IMG/VR virus record: IMGVR_UViG_3300045988_093281
Strand: one strand, 5' to 3'
Source of the DNA: a virus
DNA: 40,142 nucleotides
The notes beneath the pieces are model-generated. The model was given only the letters and a program-made list of their open reading frames with translations. It ran no database searches and was not told the origin of the DNA. The translations under genes were made by a program, and so were the position numbers. Of the stretch, positions 1 through 6,716 are shown one piece after another. How positions within the stretch are numbered: position 1 is the stretch's first letter; each line of letters starts with the position of its first letter.

Positions 1-132
1 CCGGGCCTCGCCGAACACCCAGGCATCGCCGGACACCCGGGCCTCGCCGAACACCTGGGCCTCGCCGAACACCCAGGCATCGCCGGACACCCGGGCCTCG
101 CCGAACACCCGGGCATTGCCGAACACCCAGGC
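1..132. repeat. Tandem 18-nt (36-nt super-period) coding repeats, first block; continues in 39975..40142.
   Basis: Reiterated gcctcgccgaacacc(c/t)(g/a)g and gcatcgccggacacccgg units, read directly from the sequence. Confidence 0.9.
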
Positions 133-288
133 CTCGCTCTTATGATCCAGGTTGGCCTCACTCTCAATCCAGCCACCCAAGTCACCAGCTTTTACTCCAT
201 AGCGCTCGATATCAACAAGAGCGCGGATGCGGTGCAGCGTTACACCACGTTCCCCCTTAGTCTCGTCAGTAAGTTCATACTTTTTCAT
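1..288 (-). CDS. N-terminal part of a hexad-repeat (left-handed beta-helix-like) protein of unknown function. The CDS runs off base 1 and continues at 39738..40142.
   Basis: ATG at 288 with GGAGG 8 nt upstream. Translation is MKKYELTDETKGERGVTLHRIRALVDIERYGVKAGDLGGWIESEANLDHKSE followed by AWVFGN/ARVFGE/ARVSGD hexads. The frame stays open to base 1, in frame with the ORF that is open at 40142. Confidence 0.8.
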   Translation of the reverse strand, partial: MKKYELTDETKGERGVTLHRIRALVDIERYGVKAGDLGGWIESEANLDHKSEAWVFGNARVFGEARVSGDAWVFGEAQVFGEARVSGDAWVFGEAR

Positions 289-304
289 GCAGATTCCTCC
301 ATTT

Positions 305-481
305 TTATTGTTCACCCCGGATTGCTCTGGGGTGCCATTTTTTATCCTCCCGATATCGGATAATGTCTATCTGCCGCTTCCGGCTGATTTCTACCCGCTC
401 CCTGCGGAACTTTATGTACCTCTCGCAGCTGTCGTGGCATACCCCAGTTCTCTCCCGGCAGTCCTTACACGGCGCGTTCAT
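305..481 (-). CDS. 58-aa Cys-rich mini-protein (CxxC..CxxxC), paralog A
   Basis: ATG 481 behind AAGGAGG. Translation MNAPCKDCRERTGVCHDSCERYIKFRRERVEISRKRQIDIIRYREDKKWHPRAIRGEQ, stop at 305-307. The first 29 codons are almost identical to 39413..39589. Confidence 0.6.
   Translation of the reverse strand: MNAPCKDCRERTGVCHDSCERYIKFRRERVEISRKRQIDIIRYREDKKWHPRAIRGEQ
394..481. repeat. 88-bp direct repeat, copy A (partner 39502..39589)
   Basis: 87 of 88 nt identical to 39502..39589, with a single T/C difference. Confidence 0.9.
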
Positions 482-614
482 CTTTTTTCAGTGCCTCCTT
501 GATTGCCTCTGGGCCAGCTGCCCGGATGAACTCTAGCCATGCTCTCTCCCGATCCTTGGGGCTGATAGGGTCGGCCCGGATGATTTCCCGTGTCGACCGT
601 CTTACCTCAATCAT
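465..614 (-). CDS. 49-aa hypothetical protein
   Basis: ATG 614 overlaps the stop of 611..826 as ATGA. Translation MIEVRRSTREIIRADPISPKDRERAWLEFIRAAGPEAIKEALKKDERAV. Its stop overlaps the start of 305..481, suggesting translational coupling. Confidence 0.5.
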   Translation of the reverse strand: MIEVRRSTREIIRADPISPKDRERAWLEFIRAAGPEAIKEALKKDERAV

Positions 615-826
615 GCTCCATCATCCCCCTTTAGCTCGATCACCAGCACCTTGTCCTCAATTCGCCAGGCCTTTACCGTGTGGAGCATCGTCCACACGGG
701 CCAGTATTTGTCTTCCGTTGCCTCCCCGTTCAGGATAAAGCGCTTTTTGTCCGCATATACGGCTGCTGCCAGAAAATCCGGATCATTTCCCATCAGGTCA
801 TATGGATTATTCCTTGCTACCTTCAT
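611..826 (-). CDS. 71-aa hypothetical protein
   Basis: ORF-track ORF with GAGGGGAGAG immediately upstream of ATG 826. Tightly packed within the minus-strand operon. Confidence 0.65.
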   Translation of the reverse strand: MKVARNNPYDLMGNDPDFLAAAVYADKKRFILNGEATEDKYWPVWTMLHTVKAWRIEDKVLVIELKGDDGA

Positions 827-836
827 GTCTCTCCCC

Positions 837-1238
837 TCAATCCAGCGTCGGCGTTACCGCGCCGCCAAGCAGCGATTCCGGCAAGATGGATACCTCATAG
901 TGGTACGGGTCTACATCAGCCCCGGACACGTCCTGCACAATGTAGGTAGTCCATTCACTCAGATAGATAAAGTCCTTTTTGTATATGTCCTTTCCTACTT
1001 CGCTGATAATTGTCAGCTCGTTTTTATCGCTGTTCTGCATGGAGAAGGTTCCCGTCAGCTCATAGAGCACCTGGTTATTTCTCACATTGATTACCGTGAT
1101 CTTCCGCTCCACGTTAAAGTTGTCGGCTTCCTTCGATACATTGTGGTTCACCATGCAGCTTTTTGTACAGCCGCTCAACACCAATACGCACATGGTGCTG
1201 ACCGCCGCCAGTTTAATTCCTCTCTTCCAGTTCTTCAT
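837..1238 (-). CDS. Phage lipoprotein (beta-sandwich-lipoprotein-like); possible superinfection-exclusion factor
   Basis: Internal ATG 1238 behind GAAGGAGGA. N-terminus MKNWKRGIKLAAVSTMCVLVLSGC has a basic n-region, a hydrophobic core and an LSGC lipobox. Confidence 0.8.
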   Translation of the reverse strand: MKNWKRGIKLAAVSTMCVLVLSGCTKSCMVNHNVSKEADNFNVERKITVINVRNNQVLYELTGTFSMQNSDKNELTIISEVGKDIYKKDFIYLSEWTTYIVQDVSGADVDPYHYEVSILPESLLGGAVTPTLD

Positions 1239-1371
1239 CCTTGTCCTCCTTCTTCTGTACCCGCTCTGCCGCTTCCTCGATTTTGGCGAGAAAGTAGCCC
1301 TTGTCAAACTCGCTGAGCTGCGGGAGCCCCTCCCGAATCACCTCAGCCATTTTCTTTTCCTGCTCAGACAT
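1213..1371 (-). CDS. 52-aa acidic hypothetical protein
   Basis: ATG 1371 directly follows the TAA of 1372..1554, with GAGGTGA upstream. Translation MSEQEKKMAEVIREGLPQLSEFDKGYFLAKIEEAAERVQKKEDKDEELEERN. Overlaps the lipoprotein start. Confidence 0.5.
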   Translation of the reverse strand: MSEQEKKMAEVIREGLPQLSEFDKGYFLAKIEEAAERVQKKEDKDEELEERN

Positions 1372-1554
1372 TTAATTCACCTCTTTCGTCGTATCCATAA
1401 TTTCAATTCCCATCCCTCTTGCCTCCAAACGCAGTGCTTCCGTCAAGTCCGTCACCCGCAGAATTGCTTTGTTCAGCTCATTAATCGCTCCCGATAATGC
1501 TTTTGCGGCGTCCTGTATCTGCTCCTGGTCTTTCAGATCGAATTTTACTACCAT
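1372..1554 (-). CDS. 60-aa hypothetical protein
   Basis: Internal ATG 1554 behind GGAAGGAGGA. Translation MVVKFDLKDQEQIQDAAKALSGAINELNKAILRV... The longer ORF-track start has no SD. Confidence 0.6.
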   Translation of the reverse strand: MVVKFDLKDQEQIQDAAKALSGAINELNKAILRVTDLTEALRLEARGMGIEIMDTTKEVN

Positions 1555-1570
1555 CTTATCCTCCTTCCTC

Positions 1571-1599
1571 TTGTCCTGCCTTCCATCCCGTGGTAAAAT
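1571..1599 (+). promoter_or_regulatory. Candidate sigma-A promoter for 1622..1948
   Basis: TTGTCC, 17-nt spacer, TAAAAT, with a TGn extended -10 (tggtaaaat). Confidence 0.5.
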
Positions 1600-1621
1600 T
1601 CCACTGGAAGGAGGTGATCTC

Positions 1622-1948
1622 ATGGATAAACTGTCTCGCGCTGTTCTCGACGATGTGTCCCAGCGCCCGAACGAATACAAGCTCTTTTTCGTCAGCGATA
1701 TACTGGATTCCACCGCCGAAACATTTCATGTGGACTCGTCGCGTTTTCAGTCTTGCGTCGAAGACTTGGAAGCCAAAGGCTACTTAAAATTTCTGCATAA
1801 CGCAAGCGGTGAAATCCTCGGCTTTGCACCAACCTATAGCGGTTACCACTGGAAGGTCTTGTCCGTACTCAAGATTTTGGATGTCGTTGTATTCCATGTT
1901 CTTCTTCCGGTCATTGCTTCCGTTGTCACGTCTTTAATCGTAGCGTGA
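1622..1948 (+). CDS. 108-aa protein with a C-terminal TM helix, encoded antisense inside the early arm
   Basis: ATG 1622 behind GGAAGGAGGTGA. Translation MDKLSRAVLDDVSQRPNEYKLFF...KGYLKFLHNASGEILGF (winged-helix-like), then LLPVIASVVTSLIVA. Confidence 0.65.
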   Translation: MDKLSRAVLDDVSQRPNEYKLFFVSDILDSTAETFHVDSSRFQSCVEDLEAKGYLKFLHNASGEILGFAPTYSGYHWKVLSVLKILDVVVFHVLLPVIASVVTSLIVA

Positions 1949-2039
1949 TGATCGCCGTTACCACGCTGATTAGTATGATCCACGCGATTTCCAGCGCCTT
2001 TGCCCACCACGGCCATTTCCCGTTCCAATCATTCCACAT
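1926..2039 (-). CDS. 37-aa single-TM micro-protein
   Basis: ATG 2039 behind GGGAGGGGCGGAG. Translation MWNDWNGKWPWWAKALEIAWIILISVVTAIITLRLKT. Its 3' end converges on and overlaps 1622..1948. Confidence 0.35.
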   Translation of the reverse strand: MWNDWNGKWPWWAKALEIAWIILISVVTAIITLRLKT

Positions 2040-2058
2040 CTCCGCCCCTCCCTTGCTT

Positions 2059-2166
2059 TCAGTACAAACCGGCAATTTTCGCATAAACACGCATCGCTAT
2101 TTTGATTGCCGTACCGATTATCACACCGATGCAAAAGCAAATGTCAATCCATATTCTGTGCAACAC
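2059..2166 (-). CDS. About 35-aa hydrophobic micro-protein; start uncertain
   Basis: GTG 2166 lies 9 nt after GGAGGA. Translation (V)LHRIWIDICFCIGVIIGTAIKIAMRVYAKIAGLY. An alternative ATG at 2208 lacks an SD. Confidence 0.3.
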   Translation of the reverse strand: MLHRIWIDICFCIGVIIGTAIKIAMRVYAKIAGLY

Positions 2167-2182
2167 GCCCTTCACTCCTCCC

Positions 2183-2341
2183 TCACCTCCCGGTGTTTTC
2201 TGAATCATTGCGCAGCCCACAACAGTACGTTTTAAGGACAAAATCGTACATAATGTCAAGGCAATCACGGTCCATGTCGGCTACAAACGACACCAGAAAA
2301 TTTCTGAGATCGTTCGTGTTTCCGTCCCACTTGCATTCCAT
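2183..2341 (-). CDS. 52-aa hypothetical protein; first gene leftward of the immunity switch
   Basis: ATG 2341 behind GGAAGGAGGGG. Translation MECKWDGNTNDLRNFLVSFVADMDRDCLDIMYDFVLKTYCCGLRNDSENTGR. Confidence 0.5.
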   Translation of the reverse strand: MECKWDGNTNDLRNFLVSFVADMDRDCLDIMYDFVLKTYCCGLRNDSENTGR

Positions 2342-2383
2342 AACAGTTCCACCCCTCCTTCCTCTGTTTTACCTTATGCTGTT

Positions 2384-2412
2384 ATCTTATACCGTATTCT
2401 GATATTTGTCAA
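2384..2412 (-). promoter_or_regulatory. Candidate leftward early promoter
   Basis: On the minus strand: TTGACA, 17-nt spacer, TAAGAT. The ACCGTAT motif occurs here (2389-2395) and again at 2444-2450. Confidence 0.5.
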
Positions 2413-2432
2413 TAGCTTTTTCTGTTTTTTTC

Positions 2433-2461
2433 TTGACTTTTTTACCGTATAGTGTTATTAT
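2433..2461 (+). promoter_or_regulatory. Candidate repressor promoter
   Basis: TTGACT, 17-nt spacer, TATTAT, about 24 nt upstream of the CI-like gene's ATG. Confidence 0.6.
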
Positions 2462-2484
2462 ATGTTCAGACAGGAGGTGATCCA

Positions 2485-2859
2485 ATGTCTCTAGGCAGCA
2501 GAATCCGGTTCGTCCGATCCCAGACTGGTTATAACCAAACCGAATTTGGACGTGAAATCGGAGCTGCGCAAACCTCTGTTTCTGCATGGGAAAAAGACAC
2601 TTCTGTGCCTGTCGATTCTGCCATTCTTAGCATTTGCCGAACGTTCGGAGTGCGGGAAGAATGGCTGCGCACCGGTGCCGAGCCTATGATGGTTCAGCGT
2701 CCCAAAGACGATATCCTGACGGACTTTTTTAATTCCGTTCTGGACGATCAGCCGGATTCCATCCGCAGGCGCTTTGTTGCCGCCCTGTCCGTTCTTACCC
2801 CGGAGGACTGGGAAGCCGCCGCCGCACTCATGCAGAAACTAGTAAAAGGAATGGAGTAG
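2485..2859 (+). CDS. CI-like XRE-family HTH repressor (no S24 peptidase domain)
   Basis: ATG 2485 behind AGGAGGTGA. MSLGSRIRFVRSQTGYNQTEFGREIGAAQTSVSAWEKDTSVP is a classic XRE HTH. The gene is divergent from the early arm. Confidence 0.85.
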   Translation: MSLGSRIRFVRSQTGYNQTEFGREIGAAQTSVSAWEKDTSVPVDSAILSICRTFGVREEWLRTGAEPMMVQRPKDDILTDFFNSVLDDQPDSIRRRFVAALSVLTPEDWEAAAALMQKLVKGME

Positions 2860-2884
2860 GGTTCGCCCTGCTCCATTCCTTTTG
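2848..2884 (+). terminator. Rho-independent terminator
   Basis: GGAATGGAG..CTCCATTCC, a 9-bp stem, followed by TTTTG. Confidence 0.7.
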
Positions 2885-2975
2885 TCGTTTTGCCTGTCAA
2901 TTTGTCCCCATCTGTTGCCATTTATGATTGTTTGTGCTATCCTTGTTGTATCAAATACAATAAGGGGAGAGACAT

Positions 2976-3356
2976 ATGCAAACAGAATATACGCCGCCTG
3001 AGTTCTCCGGCGATCCTGGCAGCATTGTTGCAATGCTCGGGAAAGTCGTTGCCGTCGTAGTTGGTGCCGCTGGCGTGCTCGGCTCTTTTATGCTTGGCAG
3101 CACTTACAGTATCGTTGAGCTTGCGGAACACTCATGGGAAGACCCTACCGTCCGTTACAACTGGGGGCTTGCTCTTTTTGGGATTGCTTTAAGTGTCCTT
3201 TTAGCTGGCATTCTTTTCGTTCTCAGTGATTTGGTGTCCCTTCGCTACGACGCGTCCCGCACTCAGGACGAACTTTCCTCCCAGCTCAAAGATATTTCTG
3301 GAAAATTGCCTGCTCCGGAGTCTTCCCAGTCCGTGGTACCCGATACAAACGCATAA
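2976..3356 (+). CDS. 126-aa two-TM membrane protein in the lysogeny module
   Basis: ATG behind AAGGGGAGAG. Hydrophobic stretches VVAVVVGAAGVLGSFMLG and LALFGIALSVLLAGILFVL. Confidence 0.7.
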   Translation: MQTEYTPPEFSGDPGSIVAMLGKVVAVVVGAAGVLGSFMLGSTYSIVELAEHSWEDPTVRYNWGLALFGIALSVLLAGILFVLSDLVSLRYDASRTQDELSSQLKDISGKLPAPESSQSVVPDTNA

Positions 3357-3392
3357 CAAAAAGGAGCGGGAGAAAATCCCGCTCCTTCCTCT
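3357..3392. terminator. Bidirectional terminator
   Basis: GGAGCGGGA-gaaaa-TCCCGCTCC, flanked by an A-run on the left and a T-rich tract on the right. Confidence 0.65.
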
Positions 3393-3498
3393 ATTTCTTT
3401 CCCACCCGCAGCTGTGTAAATCGCAGGATCAGCCACAAATCCCGTTCGTCCTGGCACTGATCCACCAGTCGTTTGATCTCCTGTTTGTATGTCTCCAT
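3391..3498 (-). CDS. 35-aa micro-ORF
   Basis: ATG 3498 behind GGAGAAAATGGA. Translation METYKQEIKRLVDQCQDERDLWLILRFTQLRVGKK. Ends at the bidirectional terminator. Confidence 0.35.
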   Translation of the reverse strand: METYKQEIKRLVDQCQDERDLWLILRFTQLRVGKK

Positions 3499-3524
3499 TC
3501 CATTTTCTCCATATTTTTCTTTTT

Positions 3525-3662
3525 TTATTGTCGGATTTGTCGATTGCACAAAATATCAGATTTTGCTATAATATTACGGAGTGTTATCCCGTGGTTTCTC
3601 CTTGCCGGTTCTCCCTCCGGGGCCGCTTCCGGCGGCGGATAATCCTCATGGCACTGCTTCAT
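3525..3662 (-). CDS. 45-aa micro-ORF (internal ATG of the TTG-initiated track ORF)
   Basis: ATG 3662 lies 6 nt after GGAGGTG. Translation MKQCHEDYPPPEAAPEGEPARRNHGITLRNIIAKSDILCNRQIRQ. No family recognised. Confidence 0.25.
   Translation of the reverse strand: MKQCHEDYPPPEAAPEGEPARRNHGITLRNIIAKSDILCNRQIRQ
3544..3572 (+). promoter_or_regulatory. Near-consensus plus-strand promoter
   Basis: TTGCAC, 17-nt spacer, TATAAT. The -35 sits in the palindromic TTGCACAA, which also reads TTGTGC on the minus strand. Confidence 0.5.
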
Positions 3663-3747
3663 TTCGCCCACCTCCCCGCAGTGTCCCTTGCTGGTTTTAT
3701 CGTACCACTGTTTCAGTTTCCATCCAATACCATTTTTGTACCATTTA

Positions 3748-3787
3748 GTGTGCAAATTGCGTTCAACTTTGCACTTTTATGTGCAAA
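3748..3787. promoter_or_regulatory. Operator-like inverted repeats upstream of 3818..4330
   Basis: TTTGCAC-ttttat-GTGCAAA (3768-3787), plus a third TGCAAA half-site at 3751-3756. Confidence 0.45.
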
Positions 3788-3817
3788 ATTTCCAATTTTA
3801 GAAATGAGGTGTCCATA

Positions 3818-4330
3818 ATGTCCGTTCAGCAGATAGAACTGCTACAAAAAATTCGTAAAATGAAGGAAGCAAAGTCTTTGACCTATCAGCAGATTGTGGA
3901 CGCCTGCATTTCCGCTGGCGAACCAATCAGCCTGAATACCGTCCGTAAGATTCTCACTGCCCCGCTGGAAGAGGCGGTGCAGTGCCGCCCGGTTAATATT
4001 CAGGCGGTTGCCCGTGCGGTCATCGGGAACGCCTATGACCCGGATACCGTCCCCCGTGAGGATTTGGACGCGCTCCACTCTCTTCTCGCCGCCCGGGAAG
4101 AAATTGACCGGGAACGTCAGCATGGAATCGCCGAGCGTTCCGCCCAGATTGAGCATTTGCAGCATACCATTGATGAGCAGCAAGCCGAAATTAAGCGAAA
4201 ATCCCACACGATTAAGATCATGATCCTCTGGGCGGCAATCGTCACCGTCCTGTTAATCGGTGTGACCGCCTGCCTGCTCATTTATCTCATTTGGGACATC
4301 ATGCACCCAGACGTTGGGATCATGCAGTAA
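3818..4330 (+). CDS. Membrane-anchored HTH protein (N-terminal HTH, coiled coil, C-terminal TM)
   Basis: ATG 3818 behind GAGGTG. SLTYQQIVDACISAGEPISLNTVRKIL is HTH-like, EHLQHTIDEQQAEIKRK looks coiled-coil, and IMILWAAIVTVLLIGVTACLLIYLIW is a TM helix. Confidence 0.75.
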   Translation: MSVQQIELLQKIRKMKEAKSLTYQQIVDACISAGEPISLNTVRKILTAPLEEAVQCRPVNIQAVARAVIGNAYDPDTVPREDLDALHSLLAAREEIDRERQHGIAERSAQIEHLQHTIDEQQAEIKRKSHTIKIMILWAAIVTVLLIGVTACLLIYLIWDIMHPDVGIMQ

Positions 4331-4337
4331 ATAAAAA

Positions 4338-4378
4338 AAGACCGTCCCGGCGGTGGGCGCCGAAACGGTCTTGCTTTC
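4338..4378 (+). terminator. Terminator-like hairpin
   Basis: AAGACCGT..ACGGTCTT stem with a GC-rich interior, followed by GCTTTCC. Confidence 0.55.
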
Positions 4379-4426
4379 CAGTCGTCGGGGAGGACGCCAA
4401 AACATAGCCTGTTGAAAACCATGTCT

Positions 4427-4466
4427 TGGAGGAATCAGCATCTTTATTGTATACAATGTCCTCCGG
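4427..4466. other. Candidate attP core for the serine integrase
   Basis: Perfect 12-bp palindrome ATTGTATACAAT (4446-4457), flanked by GGAGGA and TCCTCC, about 90 nt upstream of the recombinase gene. Confidence 0.3.
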
Positions 4467-4552
4467 TTTGTCAACGAAAAAATGTAGAATCTGGATACAT
4501 CGTCCAAAATGATGTCCATGATCGCGTGATAATTTTAGGAGGCTTGTATGCT

Positions 4553-6199
4553 ATGACGCATGGCGCTTATATTTTAGCCCGGTACTCCACCGAGAACCAG
4601 TCCGAGGCCAGTATAGAGGTTCAGGTGGAACGTTGCCGGGAATGGTGTGTAAGGCAGAGCCTCCCGGTTCTGGACGTGTTTGCCGATCGGGCGATTTCCG
4701 GCATGAAGGAGACCCGCCCGGAGTACCAGCGCATGATGCAGGCGTTGTATGCCGGCGGTGCTGACACCGTTGTGATTTATGACCAGTCCCGTATGTTCCG
4801 GAATATGGTCTATTGGTTCCAGTTCCGCGAAGCGCTTCAGCGCATCGGCGTACACGTTGTATCGGTCACGCAGCCTACGGTAGGCGGTGACCTTAACGAC
4901 CCGGCTGTTTTTCTCAACGAGGGCGTTACCGCATTGTTTAACCAGATGTGGGTATTGCAAACACAGCAGAAGGTTAGGGAGGGTGTGCGGCAGCGGGCAA
5001 AATCCGGCAAGCATACAGGTGGTATCCCGGCACTCGGCTATAAGGTGGAAAATGAGCGTCTTGTGATCGACGAGGCGGAGGCTGAAACCGTCCGCCTGAT
5101 TTTCGGGCTGTACGCCGCCGGTCAAAGCTACATTGACATCATTGCAGAGCTGAACCGGCGCGGTCTGAAGACCAAACGTGGCAATGCGTTCGGGAAAAAT
5201 AGCATCCACGATTTGCTGAAAAATGAGAAGTATGTTGGCCGGTCGTTATTCGGTGGAAAACCGGTCAGCTATGACGGCACCCGGAACGCCCACGCCGCAC
5301 GCGGCGAACACCTGGAAATAGAGTGCCCGTCCATTGTCTCGAAAGAATTGTTTGATTCCGTCCAGGCGAGGCTTGCCGCAAATAAACATCAAAATACCGG
5401 AAAGAGGGTTACGGCAGTGGAACAACCGTTGAAGGGAAAGATTTTTTGTGGAACGTGCGGCGGTGCTATGACGATCCACTATAAATATCCCGCTCGTGGT
5501 GGCGACCGATATGAATATTACAAATGCGCCACAAAGCAGCGCGGAAAGGGTTGCTCCGGCATGAGCATCCGAAAAGACGAGCTGGAGGATACCGTAGCAA
5601 TCGCTGTGCTTTCCATGTTAGGCGCCCCAAAATCCCGTGACAAGCTGTTGAGCGTCCTTAGAGACCAGCGCGATAGCCTCCTGAAGATGTCTGCCCCGAA
5701 ATTAAAAGAGTTGCAGGCCGAGTATGACAACCTCGCATCCCAGATAGAAAAAGCGCTGGACGCCGTTATGGCTGGCCTGACCTCTCCGGCCCTAATCGAG
5801 CGTACAAACGCGCTGGAATCTAAAAAAGCCCAGGTTGCGGAAGAAATCGCTTTGTTAAAATCAAACGTCGAACACTCCAGCCTCCGTGACGAGCAGCTTG
5901 CCCCGCTCCTGGATAAACTGATAAAAAGCGCAAAGGACAACCCCTCCGCGATTTTGGCCACCGTCCTCCGCGTTGAGGTCTATCCCGATACAATAAAAAT
6001 ATGGACGATTTTTGACGACGGCCCCGCCCCAGGCGACGGCCCAATCACGAAGTCCAACGTCGCGTCCCTTGTAAAATCACCCGATACCGGCAAATGGTCT
6101 TTAGGTACTTTTGTTGGTACCGCATCTGGCGTACCAACAAATGTACCCAACATTTTTATTGTTGCGGCGTTTTCCGTTTTGCGCGAACGTAAAAAATAA
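4553..6199 (+). CDS. int: Large serine recombinase (integrase)
   Basis: ATG 4553 lies 10 nt after GGAGG. N-terminal resolvase motif YILARYSTENQ, recombinase domain, Cys cluster CGTCGG..YYKC, long C-terminal coiled coil. 548 aa. Confidence 0.95.
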   Translation: MTHGAYILARYSTENQSEASIEVQVERCREWCVRQSLPVLDVFADRAISGMKETRPEYQRMMQALYAGGADTVVIYDQSRMFRNMVYWFQFREALQRIGVHVVSVTQPTVGGDLNDPAVFLNEGVTALFNQMWVLQTQQKVREGVRQRAKSGKHTGGIPALGYKVENERLVIDEAEAETVRLIFGLYAAGQSYIDIIAELNRRGLKTKRGNAFGKNSIHDLLKNEKYVGRSLFGGKPVSYDGTRNAHAARGEHLEIECPSIVSKELFDSVQARLAANKHQNTGKRVTAVEQPLKGKIFCGTCGGAMTIHYKYPARGGDRYEYYKCATKQRGKGCSGMSIRKDELEDTVAIAVLSMLGAPKSRDKLLSVLRDQRDSLLKMSAPKLKELQAEYDNLASQIEKALDAVMAGLTSPALIERTNALESKKAQVAEEIALLKSNVEHSSLRDEQLAPLLDKLIKSAKDNPSAILATVLRVEVYPDTIKIWTIFDDGPAPGDGPITKSNVASLVKSPDTGKWSLGTFVGTASGVPTNVPNIFIVAAFSVLRERKK

Positions 6200-6230
6200 G
6201 GAGAGGGGTTAACCCCTCTCCTTATTTTTA
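6191..6230. terminator. Bidirectional terminator between int and the minus-strand cassette
   Basis: Perfect palindrome ATAAGGAGAGGGGTTAACCCCTCTCCTTAT, flanked by A- and T-runs. Confidence 0.8.
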
Positions 6231-6704
6231 TCCCGCCACAATCCCGTGGTAATACGCTGCCAGCTTGGCTTCCGGCCCCGGCCCGTCCTTGTCAAATAAA
6301 AACGCCTTTGCGAGGTCTGCGTAAAAATCCACCTTACTGCATCCGTGCTTTGTTGCCACGCTGCAATAGTCTGAGTACATCATATTCATGGCGGCATTCC
6401 ATTCCTCCGGCGTGATGTGTTCCATCACTACCCCTGCGGTTTTTGCCGCATCGGTGGTCTGTGCTACCGTCCAATGTCCGCCGGTGCTGCCATCGTCGTT
6501 TTTCATGTGGGTGTTCCACTTCTCCAGGACGTGCCCGTCGAGCTTCTCCGCGTTGCAGACACAGCCCTCCATGTCGTTGACGTGCTCCCAGCACTCAATC
6601 ATAGCATCAACAGCCGCCATGGATCGAGTGCCTACAGGCTGTGCCAGGTACTCGGCCAACTCATGTTCCAGTTTGGCTTTGTACTCCCTCAATTTGGTTT
6701 TCAT
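6228..6704 (-). CDS. 158-aa hypothetical protein
   Basis: ATG behind GGGGG. Motifs GGHWTVAQTT and NMMYSDY look familiar from Firmicutes phage hypotheticals (from memory only). Confidence 0.75.
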   Translation of the reverse strand: MKTKLREYKAKLEHELAEYLAQPVGTRSMAAVDAMIECWEHVNDMEGCVCNAEKLDGHVLEKWNTHMKNDDGSTGGHWTVAQTTDAAKTAGVVMEHITPEEWNAAMNMMYSDYCSVATKHGCSKVDFYADLAKAFLFDKDGPGPEAKLAAYYHGIVAG

Positions 6705-6716
6705 TGCGCTGCCCCC

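Noticed and set aside
3525-3755. Full-length 76-aa TTG-initiated ORF as a Cro-like gene
   Set aside because: There is no SD before the TTG and no HTH pattern. Only the internal SD-preceded 45-aa version is kept, at low confidence.
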